NCBI GenBank assembly: GCA_964588385.1
Contig: CAZPPG010000016.1
Span: 1,060 to 65,059, forward strand
Reading direction: 5' to 3'
Source: an uncultured Phycisphaeraceae bacterium
GTDB taxonomy: Bacteria; Planctomycetota; Phycisphaerae; Phycisphaerales; UBA1924
DNA length: 64,000 bases
Positions within the stretch are counted from its first letter, which is position 1; each line of letters opens with the position of its first letter. The translations under genes were made by a program, and so were the position numbers. Of this stretch, positions 19,261 through 28,478 are shown piece by piece. The notes beneath the pieces were generated by a model. The model saw nothing but the letters and a program-made list of their open reading frames with translations. It was not told the origin of the DNA and searched no databases.

Positions 19261-20556
19261 TCACCCCTCATATCGCATCACGATCAGCGTCTGGTCGTCC
19301 GTCGATGGCTCTCCGCGGCTGAACGCTCCCGTCTCGCGCACGATCCGTTCGGCGATCTCGTGCGCCGACGCACCCCGCGACTCGACCAGCAACCGATCCA
19401 GCCGTCCCTCCCCATACAGCTCGCGCGATCCATTCGCATCCTTTGGCGCCATCGACTCCGTGATCCCGTCCGTGTACAGCACCAGCACGTCCCCGGGCTC
19501 CAACTCCACCGCCGCATCCTCAAACGTCGCGTCCGGCATGATCCCCAGCGGGATCGACGCGTTCTCATCCAGCGTGATCACGCGCTCTCCCCGCACCAGG
19601 CGCGGCGGGTTGTGCCCCGCGCTCGAATACACCACCCGACGTGACCGGGGCTCGATCGCCGCATAGAACGCCGTCACAAACGTCCCTGATGTGGTGTACG
19701 ACCGCGCCAGGTGATGATTGATGTGCAGAAGCACCTCGCGTGGCGGCTGCGGTGCCCCGGGCCTCGTGTGCGCGATCGCGTGCGTCACCGCCATCAGCAC
19801 CGCCGCCGGCGTTCCGTGGCCGGAAACATCCGCGATGAACACGCCCCACCCTCGCTCGCCCAGCGGGAAGAAGTCGTAGTAGTCTCCGCCCGCTCGCGCG
19901 CTGGTCGCATAATGCGTCGCCACGTCAAAGCCCGGAATCGTCGGCAACTCCGGCGGCAGGAGCGAGCGCTGGATCTGCCCGACCACCTGCAGCTCTCGAT
20001 CCAGGGCCGCCATCGCCTCGGTCAACTGATTCCGCAGCACCAGGTTCTGCGTTCCCCGCCCGAACAGCGACGACTGCCAGTGCATCATCGGCACCATGGT
20101 CCGGTCGAACTCGACCCCCGGCTTGAAAAGCGTCATCCCGACGTTGATCCCCTTGCCGCCCTCGTAGTTCGGCAGCGCAATCAACGACTGAAACCCATCC
20201 AGATAAAAGTGTGCCGGATCGTCTGCCTTCAGGCGCGACGGTATGTCCTCGATCACAAGCGGTTTGTCCGCGAACGCGATCTCACCCAAGAGCCCGCCTC
20301 TCATCCGAGGAAGACGGTGACGCTCTTTCCACGGGTTGAACTGCTCGGGAAACCGCGAGGAGCGCGTGATGAGAAACTCCGGCGGCTCAATCCCCCGCCT
20401 CGACACCGCCAGGAAGTCCTCCATGGGAAAGAACTCGTGTACGCCCGCCCAATAGACGCTCACCATCTCCTCCGGATCCGTGAGGTCCGAGACGCTCTTC
20501 ATCACCCGGTCGATGATCTCCAGTTCCTCGGTCCAGTGGCGTCTGGATGTGGTCAT
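19261..20556 (-). CDS. PP2C-family (SpoIIE/RsbU-like) serine phosphatase with N-terminal sensory domain
   Basis: ATG 20556 has GGAGGA about 10 nt upstream. Contains GGDYYDFF, DVSGHGTPAAVLMA and VLVLYTDGITE. Confidence 0.85.
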   Translation of the reverse strand: MTTSRRHWTEELEIIDRVMKSVSDLTDPEEMVSVYWAGVHEFFPMEDFLAVSRRGIEPPEFLITRSSRFPEQFNPWKERHRLPRMRGGLLGEIAFADKPLVIEDIPSRLKADDPAHFYLDGFQSLIALPNYEGGKGINVGMTLFKPGVEFDRTMVPMMHWQSSLFGRGTQNLVLRNQLTEAMAALDRELQVVGQIQRSLLPPELPTIPGFDVATHYATSARAGGDYYDFFPLGERGWGVFIADVSGHGTPAAVLMAVTHAIAHTRPGAPQPPREVLLHINHHLARSYTTSGTFVTAFYAAIEPRSRRVVYSSAGHNPPRLVRGERVITLDENASIPLGIMPDATFEDAAVELEPGDVLVLYTDGITESMAPKDANGSRELYGEGRLDRLLVESRGASAHEIAERIVRETGAFSRGEPSTDDQTLIVMRYEG

Positions 20557-20735
20557 GGCGTGGCATTCCTCCGTGTTCCGCGTTCCGCAAGCGTATGGGC
20601 ACGGCGCGAGCAGGCTCTCCGCGAAGGTCCGCCGCGATCGAGGTCGCTCCGCTCCTGAACCGTCTATTCTTGTTCGCTCGCTCACCATCCGATCAACGCC
20701 CGGCAACCCAGCACTCTCCCGCGGAGCCTCGCCCC

Positions 20736-21398
20736 ATGCCTCTCAATCGCGACCAGATCACCATCCGTGCCGCTCGCGAACTCAAGGACGGCTACATCGT
20801 CAACCTCGGCATCGGCATGCCCACGCTCGTGGCAAACCACATTCCTCAGGGCATGGACGTCTGGCTGCAATCCGAGAACGGCCTGCTTGGCATCGGCCCC
20901 TTTCCCACGGAGTCCGATGTCGATCCCGATCTCATCAACGCGGGCAAGCAGACCATCACCGCCCGCCTCGGCGCGTCCTACTTCTCCTCCGCCGACTCCT
21001 TCGCCATGATCCGTGGCGGCCACATCGACATGTGCATCCTGGGCGCGATGCAGGTGTCCGAAGAGGGCGACATCGCCAACTGGATGATCCCCGGCAAAAT
21101 GGTCAAAGGGATGGGCGGCGCGATGGACCTCGTTGCCGGTGTCAAGCGCGTGGTCGTCACCATGGAGCACAACGCCAAGGACGGCACGCCCAAGCTCGTC
21201 AAGGCCTGCTCGCTCCCCCTCACCGGTCAGCGCTGCATCGACATGGTGATCACCGACCTCTGCGTGCTTGAGATGGACCACGCGAAGCGCCGCTTCGTCT
21301 TGAAGGAAGTCGCTCCCGGCGTCACCCCGGACGAGGTCCGCGCCAAGACCGAGGCAGAGATCATCATCCCCGCGCAGGTCGCCACGGTCGCCGCCTGA
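20736..21398 (+). CDS. 3-oxoacid CoA-transferase, subunit B
   Basis: ATG 20736. Contains YIVNLGIGMPTLVAN, the catalytic-Glu motif QSENGLLGIGP, and MVKGMGGAMDLV. Confidence 0.9.
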   Translation: MPLNRDQITIRAARELKDGYIVNLGIGMPTLVANHIPQGMDVWLQSENGLLGIGPFPTESDVDPDLINAGKQTITARLGASYFSSADSFAMIRGGHIDMCILGAMQVSEEGDIANWMIPGKMVKGMGGAMDLVAGVKRVVVTMEHNAKDGTPKLVKACSLPLTGQRCIDMVITDLCVLEMDHAKRRFVLKEVAPGVTPDEVRAKTEAEIIIPAQVATVAA

Positions 21399-21418
21399 GA
21401 GGTCCCGCCTCGCTCCGC

Positions 21419-21820
21419 TTACTTCTTCGCGATCTTGCGGAAGATAGAGATCACCCGCTCCTTGATCGTGAACTCCGCAAGGTCCTGCAACTCCCCCCGG
21501 TCCAGCAGAATCCCGCTGCACTTGCCGCACGTGTGCATCTCCACGTGCTGCTGCTGCGGATCCATCACATGGATCAGTGGCGACTTATCGCGCGGGCAGC
21601 ACAGCTCGCCCGTGATCCACGTGTGTCGCCCGGGCGTGTCGACCTTCCGGTCCACCAGCTCCACCGCGCCTTCGAGCTTCACGACGCGTTCGATCTCGTG
21701 GGCATCGAACCACATGCTGCCGCACGCCGCGCACCGATCCACGTACAGGTTCCCCTGCAGGCAGATCTTTTCCATGACCTGCCCATCATGGGGACAACTG
21801 ATCTTGGGGTCTTCCTTCAC
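21419..21820 (-). CDS. double zf-TFIIB-like zinc-ribbon protein
   Basis: 133 aa with two repeats: CPHDGQ...VDRCAACGSMWFDAHEIERV and CPRDKS...MHTCGKCSGILLDRGELQDL. Confidence 0.8.
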   Translation of the reverse strand: MKEDPKISCPHDGQVMEKICLQGNLYVDRCAACGSMWFDAHEIERVVKLEGAVELVDRKVDTPGRHTWITGELCCPRDKSPLIHVMDPQQQHVEMHTCGKCSGILLDRGELQDLAEFTIKERVISIFRKIAKK

Positions 21821-21895
21821 CTCGAAACCTCCCAGAGTACCCTTCCGACGCGGGATGCGGCGCGATGCACTATCGGTCAGTCGCCGCCCTCATGC

Positions 21896-22303
21896 TCAGC
21901 CGAACATCGTACGAAGCCGCTCGAGCAGGTTGAACTCCGCGAGGTCCTGGAGCTCACCGCCGTCCAGGAAGACGCCTCCGCACACCGTGCACTTCTCATA
22001 CCGAACGTGCAACTGCCGGGGATCGCTCATGGCGATCAACGGGCTCTTGTCCCGTGGGCACGCGATCTGGCGCCGCCCGTCCATGCGGTCGGAGACCGTC
22101 GTCGGCCCCTTGTCGATCTTCTCCGCCTGGCCCGCCACGGCGATCACCCGCTCCAACTCCAGCGCATCCAGCCAAAGCCCTCCGCACGCCCCGCATCGGT
22201 CAACGCTCAGATCACCGGTGGTGAGGCGCGTCATTCGTCCGCGGCACTTGGGGCACTCGATCAGACGGCCCTTGATGTCCTCACCATGCTGGGAATCGCT
22301 CAT
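21896..22303 (-). CDS. double zf-TFIIB-like zinc-ribbon protein (paralog of 21419..21820)
   Basis: 135 aa. Contains CPKCRGRM...VDRCGACGGLWLDALELERV and CPRDKSPL...YEKCTVCGGVFLDGGELQDLAEF. Collinear with the neighbouring paralog. Confidence 0.8.
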   Translation of the reverse strand: MSDSQHGEDIKGRLIECPKCRGRMTRLTTGDLSVDRCGACGGLWLDALELERVIAVAGQAEKIDKGPTTVSDRMDGRRQIACPRDKSPLIAMSDPRQLHVRYEKCTVCGGVFLDGGELQDLAEFNLLERLRTMFG

Positions 22304-22366
22304 GCCCGCAGTATACAGGCGCCGTCGCCCTCTTCACGCCCCGTTTCACGCCCGGTACCATGGCCC

Positions 22367-23503
22367 ATGCCCACGCCCCTTCCGGACGCTCGGCCAGCCG
22401 CCGACCCACCCCTGAGATGGCGAACCTGGTTCGATGCCCATCTCGACCTGGCTTGCCTCGCCGAGTGCGGCCGCGACCTCTCAAAGCCGCCCCTCGAAGG
22501 CGCCGGCCCGTTCCAGCCCGCGGCGCTCTCTTTCCCAACCATGCGCTCCGGTAACGTCCGCGCCTGTCTCGGCACCATCTTCACCGAGGCCGATGGCACC
22601 GACGAGGTCGGTTACCCCGCCGCCGACGCCGAAGCCGCCCATCGCCGGGGCGTCGCCCAGCTCGACCGCTACCGCGCGTGGCATCGGACCGGCATCTTCC
22701 AGCTTCAGGACATGCGCCCCCGCCGCGGCGCGCCGCCCTTCGCACGCATGGACCTCCCCGCACCCAACGCCGCGCCCATGCGGCTCGGCATCCTCATGGA
22801 GTGTGCCGATCCCATCCGGTCTCCGGAAGAACTCCCCTGGTGGGTCGCGCGCGGCGTCTCCGTCATCGGCATGGCCTGGGGCCGCGGCTCCCGCTACACC
22901 GCTGGCAACATGACCACTGGCCCGACCGGTCTGCCCGGCATCGCCCCCATCGGCCGCGAACTCGTCAAAGCCATGGACGCGCTCGGAGTGGTCCACGATG
23001 CCTCACACCTCGCTTGGCAGGCCATGGACGACCTCTTCTCCATGACCGACGCGCTCGTCATCGCCTCGCACTCCAACTGTTCCGCGCTCCTGGAGTGGCC
23101 CGCGCGTGGCGCGACACAAGGCGCCAAGCCCAACGAACGCCATCTGCGCGATGACCACATCAAGGAGATCGGCCGACGTGGCGGTGTCATCGGCCTGAAC
23201 CTCGTCCGCAACTTCATCCGCTCCGGCCTCAATCGCGAAGATCCGAACGATCGCCCGTCGATCGACGATGCAGCCGACCACGTTGAGCACATCTGTTCGG
23301 TCATGGGCCATCGCCGTGGCGTGGGCCTCGGCTCCGACCTCGACGGGGGCATCACCCGCAACGAGATCCCCGCAGGGCTGAACTCCCACGACGACATGCA
23401 CCTCATCAGCGACGCCCTCAGATGCCGGGGCTGGAGCGACGCCGACATCCGCGGCTTTGAATGGGACAACTGGGCACGGGTGCTCGGAGTGAGTGGGGGC
23501 TGA
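22367..23503 (+). CDS. membrane dipeptidase (peptidase M19-like)
   Basis: ATG 22367 (MPTPLPDA). Contains FDAHLDL, VIASHSNCSAL, RHLRDDHIKEIGRRGGVIGLNL and DHVEHICSVMGHRRGVGLGSDLDGG. The upstream part of the 656-aa track ORF is antisense to the zinc-ribbon genes. Confidence 0.8.
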   Translation: MPTPLPDARPAADPPLRWRTWFDAHLDLACLAECGRDLSKPPLEGAGPFQPAALSFPTMRSGNVRACLGTIFTEADGTDEVGYPAADAEAAHRRGVAQLDRYRAWHRTGIFQLQDMRPRRGAPPFARMDLPAPNAAPMRLGILMECADPIRSPEELPWWVARGVSVIGMAWGRGSRYTAGNMTTGPTGLPGIAPIGRELVKAMDALGVVHDASHLAWQAMDDLFSMTDALVIASHSNCSALLEWPARGATQGAKPNERHLRDDHIKEIGRRGGVIGLNLVRNFIRSGLNREDPNDRPSIDDAADHVEHICSVMGHRRGVGLGSDLDGGITRNEIPAGLNSHDDMHLISDALRCRGWSDADIRGFEWDNWARVLGVSGG

Positions 23504-23514
23504 GACCAGTGGCG

Positions 23515-24114
23515 ATGCTCGTCCATCTCATCGATGATCGGAGCCGCGCGTCGATCCTGCGATCCGGCATTCGCGGTGCGGCCGCAACAATCAGATCCAC
23601 CGGTGCCCACGTGGATCTCGCTCGTGCCGTGTACGCGATGCCCGTGCTTCCAAACTACTTCGTGACCCACCAATGGCTTCGAGAACTCAAGCGCGAAGGA
23701 ATGCGCACAGTCTCCGGTGTCTACTTTCGGCTTCGCTCGGACTGTCTGGTTTGGGTCGGTCGGTACAACGGAGACCACCGGCTGGTACCGCTTGGACATG
23801 CGATCGCGCTGATCATGAGCGAGCAGGATCCGCGCGGGTGGCAACTGGTGGTGCCGGGCACGGTTCCCGCAAAGGCGATTCACGCCGTGCGTCCCGTCCC
23901 ACAGGTTGTGGGTTGGAGATACCACCCGGAGAGCCACGTCACGGGCCCGTGGAAGTGTCTCTGCGCATTCTGTCTCGAATCGCAGAAGGGCGGCATCAAG
24001 TCGATGCGCCTGTGCAGGGCGCTTCTGAAGTCTGAAGGGGTCGAAGCTCTGAACATCGAGGACGACCTCCGACGAGTCGTGCGACCAAAGCGCGCCTCGG
24101 CAAGTGGCGGGTGA
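23515..24114 (+). CDS. hypothetical protein, possible divergent ADP-ribosyltransferase fold (DarT/DUF4433-like motifs)
   Basis: ATG 23515 (MLVHLIDDRSRASILRSGIRG). Also contains VLPNYF and WQLVVPGTVPAKAI. GC is visibly lower (33 of 60 G+C at 23641-23700). The function is a motif-memory hypothesis only. Confidence 0.55.
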   Translation: MLVHLIDDRSRASILRSGIRGAAATIRSTGAHVDLARAVYAMPVLPNYFVTHQWLRELKREGMRTVSGVYFRLRSDCLVWVGRYNGDHRLVPLGHAIALIMSEQDPRGWQLVVPGTVPAKAIHAVRPVPQVVGWRYHPESHVTGPWKCLCAFCLESQKGGIKSMRLCRALLKSEGVEALNIEDDLRRVVRPKRASASGG

Positions 24115-24415
24115 GCGGGCTCCCTCCACGACCCGTTTCATCCCACGAACGGGCCATGCGCCGCGCGCAGGTTTGTGATCCCTTCCGCTCCTGAGCGCCC
24201 AATCCTCCGTCGAAGCTCTGAGCCCAAAACAAGATCGTTCGCAAAGCTCAGCCGCACTTCACCGCTGCCTCACGCACGCGCGGCATCATTCATCCATGTC
24301 TGCCGGCGCCAGAAGCACCAACGTCCATGCCGCAGATCGAATGAACTCGTGTGTCGGGCCGCCGCGATCAACCTTGTCCTGTGCGGCTCACACACCTAGC
24401 GAAAGGGAATAAGCC

Positions 24416-26083
24416 ATGAAGAACCTCACTCCAGCCAAGCTGCTCTCGGCCGCGGCTGTCACGAGCGCCGCGTTCATGGGGGCGTGCCATGATCGCGACC
24501 GCGACAACAGCAGCCTCAGCCGTTCCGACGCCGAGCCCGTTGTCCGTGACGGAGCGGTCGTGACGCCCCAATCCGGTCTGACAAGCAGCCGCGACGAGGT
24601 CGCTACGTCGCCCGCAACCTCGCGAGATCGCGCCGCTTCCCCGCGCACCACAGATACGAGTGTGCGTATCGCCGGCGCGGAAAGTCCGGATCCTCCGACC
24701 CCCGCCGAACCCGTACGCGACCAGTTCATCTTCGATGACGCCGGCAATTCGGAAGCCCGCTACGCCCGCACGGACGCGCCCAGCGCCCGTGAGAGCGCCA
24801 CGCCCGGCGAGGACTCGCCGCCGGATCGTTACGCGCGAGACAACGGCGGCGCCAGCGCGGATCGCCGGCAGTCCACGCCCTGGCAGGATGATCGCGATCT
24901 CGCGGACTCCGAAAGCGCTCGCGAGATGACCATGGGCCCGAACCCCACTCGCCCTACAGAGGTCACCGGCGACGCCGGATACGCCCACGCACCTCTGACG
25001 AACGAGCAGGGCACCGGTATCAACGGGGACCGCAACGCGGATCGCGTCGCCTCCGCCCGGCCCGCCGTCGCGCCTGTGGCCGGGCCCTCCGTCGCGTCCT
25101 CATCCAAGGCAACTGACGCGTCGAAGGCGCCCAATCCCCCGACCGCAGCCACGCCCACGCGTGACTCGTTCCAGTTTGAATCTGCCGACGCTCAGTGGAC
25201 GTCCTCCACACGCCCCAACGCGATGCCCGACGCCGAGAACGACCTCTGGGAGCCCGTGGACGCGCCGCACACGGGCACCGATCAGACACGGAAGTCGGAT
25301 TCTGAGCGTGATCGCGCCACCGATCGCGACGCTTACGCCTCCAGAGATCGGAAGCCCGACAGCCCAAAGGCACCCGACTCACCCACCGCCGCGACTCCAA
25401 GGTCCGAGGAGTTTGATTTCTCAGGTGGCACGGCCGACTCGGTCGCCGCGGACCCAAGCCGCACGACACCCGCCGCGCCCGTTCGCGTCGAAGAGCGGGC
25501 TCGCATCGGCGAGCTCCCACGTGACAGCGATGCAGACCGCGCCCACACGAACCGCTCCACGCGCGTCGACGATGCCGGCGATGAGCCCGCGCTCTACGAG
25601 TCCGGGGGGCAGGTCTACCCCGTCTCCCCCGAGTCCCGCATCCTCGCCATCCTCCACGCCAAGAACGTGGATGAGATTGCCCTCGGTCGCCTCGCCCTGG
25701 AGCGTTCCTCTTCACAGCAGGTGCAGAACTATGCCCGTGAACTCATCGCCGAGCATGAACTTGCCGACCAGCGCGTGCGCGAGCTCGCCGCCGAGAAGGG
25801 CTATGCGCTCGCCGAGCCCAAACTCGTCAATCGGATGCTCGCACGCGAGCAGGCCGAACGCGCGGCCCCCTCAGCCCTCGACCACCTCAAGGGTCTCGAA
25901 GGACAGGCATTCGACGATGCCTTCGTGGACCACATGACGCAGGGCCACGCCGAGCTCATCACCCTCATGCGGCACGCTCGCCCCAGTATCCAGGACGACG
26001 ACGTCTACGCACTCATCGAAGAGCTGATCCCCACCATTGAGGACCATCAGACCGCGGCCTATCAGCTCACCGCACGGTTCTAG
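24416..26083 (+). CDS. lipoprotein with long disordered region and C-terminal DUF4142 domain
   Basis: Signal/lipobox AAFMGAC. About 400 aa of D/R/S/P/A-rich sequence. The C-terminus (ILAILHAKNVDEIALGRLA...VQNYARELIAEHELA...FDDAFVDHMTQGHAELI...EDHQTAAYQL) is typical of DUF4142. Confidence 0.8.
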   Translation: MKNLTPAKLLSAAAVTSAAFMGACHDRDRDNSSLSRSDAEPVVRDGAVVTPQSGLTSSRDEVATSPATSRDRAASPRTTDTSVRIAGAESPDPPTPAEPVRDQFIFDDAGNSEARYARTDAPSARESATPGEDSPPDRYARDNGGASADRRQSTPWQDDRDLADSESAREMTMGPNPTRPTEVTGDAGYAHAPLTNEQGTGINGDRNADRVASARPAVAPVAGPSVASSSKATDASKAPNPPTAATPTRDSFQFESADAQWTSSTRPNAMPDAENDLWEPVDAPHTGTDQTRKSDSERDRATDRDAYASRDRKPDSPKAPDSPTAATPRSEEFDFSGGTADSVAADPSRTTPAAPVRVEERARIGELPRDSDADRAHTNRSTRVDDAGDEPALYESGGQVYPVSPESRILAILHAKNVDEIALGRLALERSSSQQVQNYARELIAEHELADQRVRELAAEKGYALAEPKLVNRMLAREQAERAAPSALDHLKGLEGQAFDDAFVDHMTQGHAELITLMRHARPSIQDDDVYALIEELIPTIEDHQTAAYQLTARF

Positions 26084-26150
26084 ATCCGCACGCCGCCCGC
26101 GCGTCAGATGAACGCACACGGGCGATCCCAAACTCGCTTCATCTCATCTC

Positions 26151-26190
26151 GCGTTGCCGCGTTCCTTGGAGGAGCGCGGCAATGCTTTCG
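26151..26190 (+). terminator. candidate intrinsic terminator after the DUF4142 gene
   Basis: Stem GCGTTGCCGCG (26151-26161) pairs with CGCGGCAATGC (26175-26185), including one G.U pair. It is followed by TTTCG. Confidence 0.45.
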
Positions 26191-26208
26191 TGCGCGATCG
26201 ATTCCGCG

Positions 26209-27291
26209 TCACGGGCCCGCGCTCGGGTCGGGCATTCTTCCCGCACAGTGGGCACAGAACCCTCCCCCATCGTGCAGCGCGCTCGCGTTGATCATCAATC
26301 TCCCGCCCTGCATCCGCGGCGCACCCTGCCCCGCCGCCCGCGAGGCGCCGCCCAGTGTGGCCCGCATCTGGCCGGACATCGCGCCCGCGGCCGCCAGAGC
26401 CGTCGCTTCGCTCTGGCTCCGCGCCGCCGCCAGCTTGTCCAGGAACTGGGCCTTATACCGTTCCGCATAGAGCTTGTAATCGGGGTTGTTCTGCGTGTAT
26501 GCGTACTCGCCCTTCAGCATCTCGTTGATCGCGGAGATCCGCGACTCGGGATATGGATGCGTTGACAGAAACTCTGGCTGGCTTCCCTTCCCGCCCTCGC
26601 GCGCCAGAACCTCCTGAACCATCCGGGCTCCCAAGGGGTCGTATCCGATCTTCACCATGTACCGCACGCCCAACGCATCCGCCTCAAGCTCCTGCGAGCG
26701 GTTGAACTTCAGCAGATACCCGCCCCCGCCCGCGCCGACCAGCAGCGGCACGCCCGCCTTGATCAGGTCGTTGTCAGACTGCCCGGCAGCGACGCCCGCG
26801 CCGATCACAATCCCGCTCACCACCATGCTCTGGCTCACCCGCTGGCCGGAGTGCCGAGCGGTCACGTGGCCGACCTCATGCCCAAGCACGGCTGCCAGCT
26901 CCGCCTCCGTCGTCAGCTTCTCCGCCAAGCCCCGCGACATGAAGACCTTGCCGCCCGGCAGCGCGAACGCGTTGATCACGTCTGAATCAAGGAGCGTGAA
27001 CTCCCATGGCAGGTTCGGATAATCCGCCTCTGTCTGAGCCGCCAGCGCCCGGCCGATCTGGGCCACATACTCATTCAACTGCGGATTCTGAACCGAGCCC
27101 CCGTACTCCTGCGTCAGCGAGGCCTTCGCCTCCTCACCCATCGCAACCTCTTCATCCAGCGACAGCACGTTGAACTGACTCCGACCCGTCGTCGGATTCA
27201 CCGAGCAACCGGCCAGCATCGCTGCCGCCGCGATCACGCCCATAAGCCGCATGGCCTTCGTGCGTCGAGAACGTTCCACCTTGCAATCCAT
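26209..27291 (-). CDS. M48-family zinc metallopeptidase lipoprotein
   Basis: ATG 27291 is preceded by GAGGAGG. Lipobox MLAGC. Zinc motif LGHEVGHVTARH, with a downstream ELEAD. Confidence 0.85.
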   Translation of the reverse strand: MDCKVERSRRTKAMRLMGVIAAAAMLAGCSVNPTTGRSQFNVLSLDEEVAMGEEAKASLTQEYGGSVQNPQLNEYVAQIGRALAAQTEADYPNLPWEFTLLDSDVINAFALPGGKVFMSRGLAEKLTTEAELAAVLGHEVGHVTARHSGQRVSQSMVVSGIVIGAGVAAGQSDNDLIKAGVPLLVGAGGGGYLLKFNRSQELEADALGVRYMVKIGYDPLGARMVQEVLAREGGKGSQPEFLSTHPYPESRISAINEMLKGEYAYTQNNPDYKLYAERYKAQFLDKLAAARSQSEATALAAAGAMSGQMRATLGGASRAAGQGAPRMQGGRLMINASALHDGGGFCAHCAGRMPDPSAGP

Positions 27292-27345
27292 GATGTCCTC
27301 CTCACTCAGGTCCGATCCGCGCCGCCCTACCATCCGCCACCCACC

Positions 27346-28236
27346 ATGCCCGCGACCAGATCAGACGTGCCCGACCGCCAAAAGAGTATCAGCTCGGCCC
27401 ACCCTGCGCCAGCCCCCAACCAGGAACTCTGGGGCGCCCGCGAACTGGCCGATCCCCACGCGCGCACGGACAAGCCCGAACGTGTCAAGGGGATGTTTGC
27501 CGCCATCGCACGCTCCTACGACCTGAACAACCGGCTTCACTCCTTCGGCATCGACCAATCATGGCGCAAACGCACGGTCCGACTCGCGCAGATCAAACCT
27601 GGCGACGAAGTCCTCGACATGGCGTGCGGCACCGGCGACCTCACCGCCCTCTTCGCCCAGACACCCGCGTCCAAGGTCGTCGGGGGTGATTTCACGCCCC
27701 AGATGCTCGACATCGCCCGTCGCAAGCAGCCCGCCCTCGGCCCTCAATCCTGCAAGGTCACCTACGTCGAAGCCGACGCCATGGCCCTGCCGTTCCCTGA
27801 CGCCTCCTTTGACGTTCTCTCGATCGCCTTCGGCATTCGTAATGTCGCCTCGCCGGCCAAGGCGCTCGCCGAGTTCCGCCGCGTCCTTCGCCCCGGCGCC
27901 CGGCTTGTCGTGCTGGAGTTTGATCGCCCCCGTAATCCTCTCATCCGCGCCGCCAACAACTTCTACACGCAGCGGATCATGCCCTGGACAGCCACGCTCA
28001 TCTCGCGCGACCGCTCCGGTGCGTATCGATACCTCCCCCGTTCTGTCGGAACGTTTATGCAGCGCGACGAAATGCTCGATGCCATTCGCGCTGCGGGGTT
28101 CTCGGACGTGAGCGCAACCCCGCTCACATTCGGTGTCGCCGTCTGTTATCGGGGCTTCATCTCCGCCGCCGATGCCCCGATCGGGGCATCGCCCGCGCAA
28201 GAAACGGTCGAGACCGGCTCGCGCGCCAGTTCCTGA
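27346..28236 (+). CDS. ubiE: demethylmenaquinone/ubiquinone C-methyltransferase
   Basis: Contains VKGMFAAIARSYDLNNRLHSFGIDQSWRK, SAM motif VLDMACGTGDL, and FGIRNV. Confidence 0.9.
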   Translation: MPATRSDVPDRQKSISSAHPAPAPNQELWGARELADPHARTDKPERVKGMFAAIARSYDLNNRLHSFGIDQSWRKRTVRLAQIKPGDEVLDMACGTGDLTALFAQTPASKVVGGDFTPQMLDIARRKQPALGPQSCKVTYVEADAMALPFPDASFDVLSIAFGIRNVASPAKALAEFRRVLRPGARLVVLEFDRPRNPLIRAANNFYTQRIMPWTATLISRDRSGAYRYLPRSVGTFMQRDEMLDAIRAAGFSDVSATPLTFGVAVCYRGFISAADAPIGASPAQETVETGSRASS

Positions 28237-28478
28237 CGCGTGAAATACGCCCGAGAATGCCCGGAACTCGGTCCCATAATGCATGCCTCCTCACCCCGCG
28301 CAACCTTGGCCTGAGAGGCGCGTGAATCCGCATTCAGGTGTGGTTCACGCTCGCGTGCTCTCGATAGGAGTCTCGCGTGTTGCGTGCCACGCCGGCTTGC
28401 GGGGACTCCAAGCCGACCCTCCATATCTGAACGGGTGAGCGCGGGCCGGAGTCCCGAGCAAGCCGGAGCAGGCGAGCT

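Noticed and set aside
24115-24415. Looked for a macrodomain/antitoxin ORF or small partner gene downstream of the ART-like ORF. The only track ORF is 24175..24399 (74 aa).
   Set aside because: The 74-aa translation is Arg/Ser/Pro-rich junk with no domain. Only a small hairpin (CCCGTT...AACGGG near 24143-24164) is visible.
28237-28478. Cobalamin riboswitch in the 242-nt leader of the B12-binding-like gene.
   Set aside because: There is a GTGAATCC-like fragment, but I could not find a convincing B12 box or the conserved multi-stem junction. This needs cmsearch, so it is not claimed.
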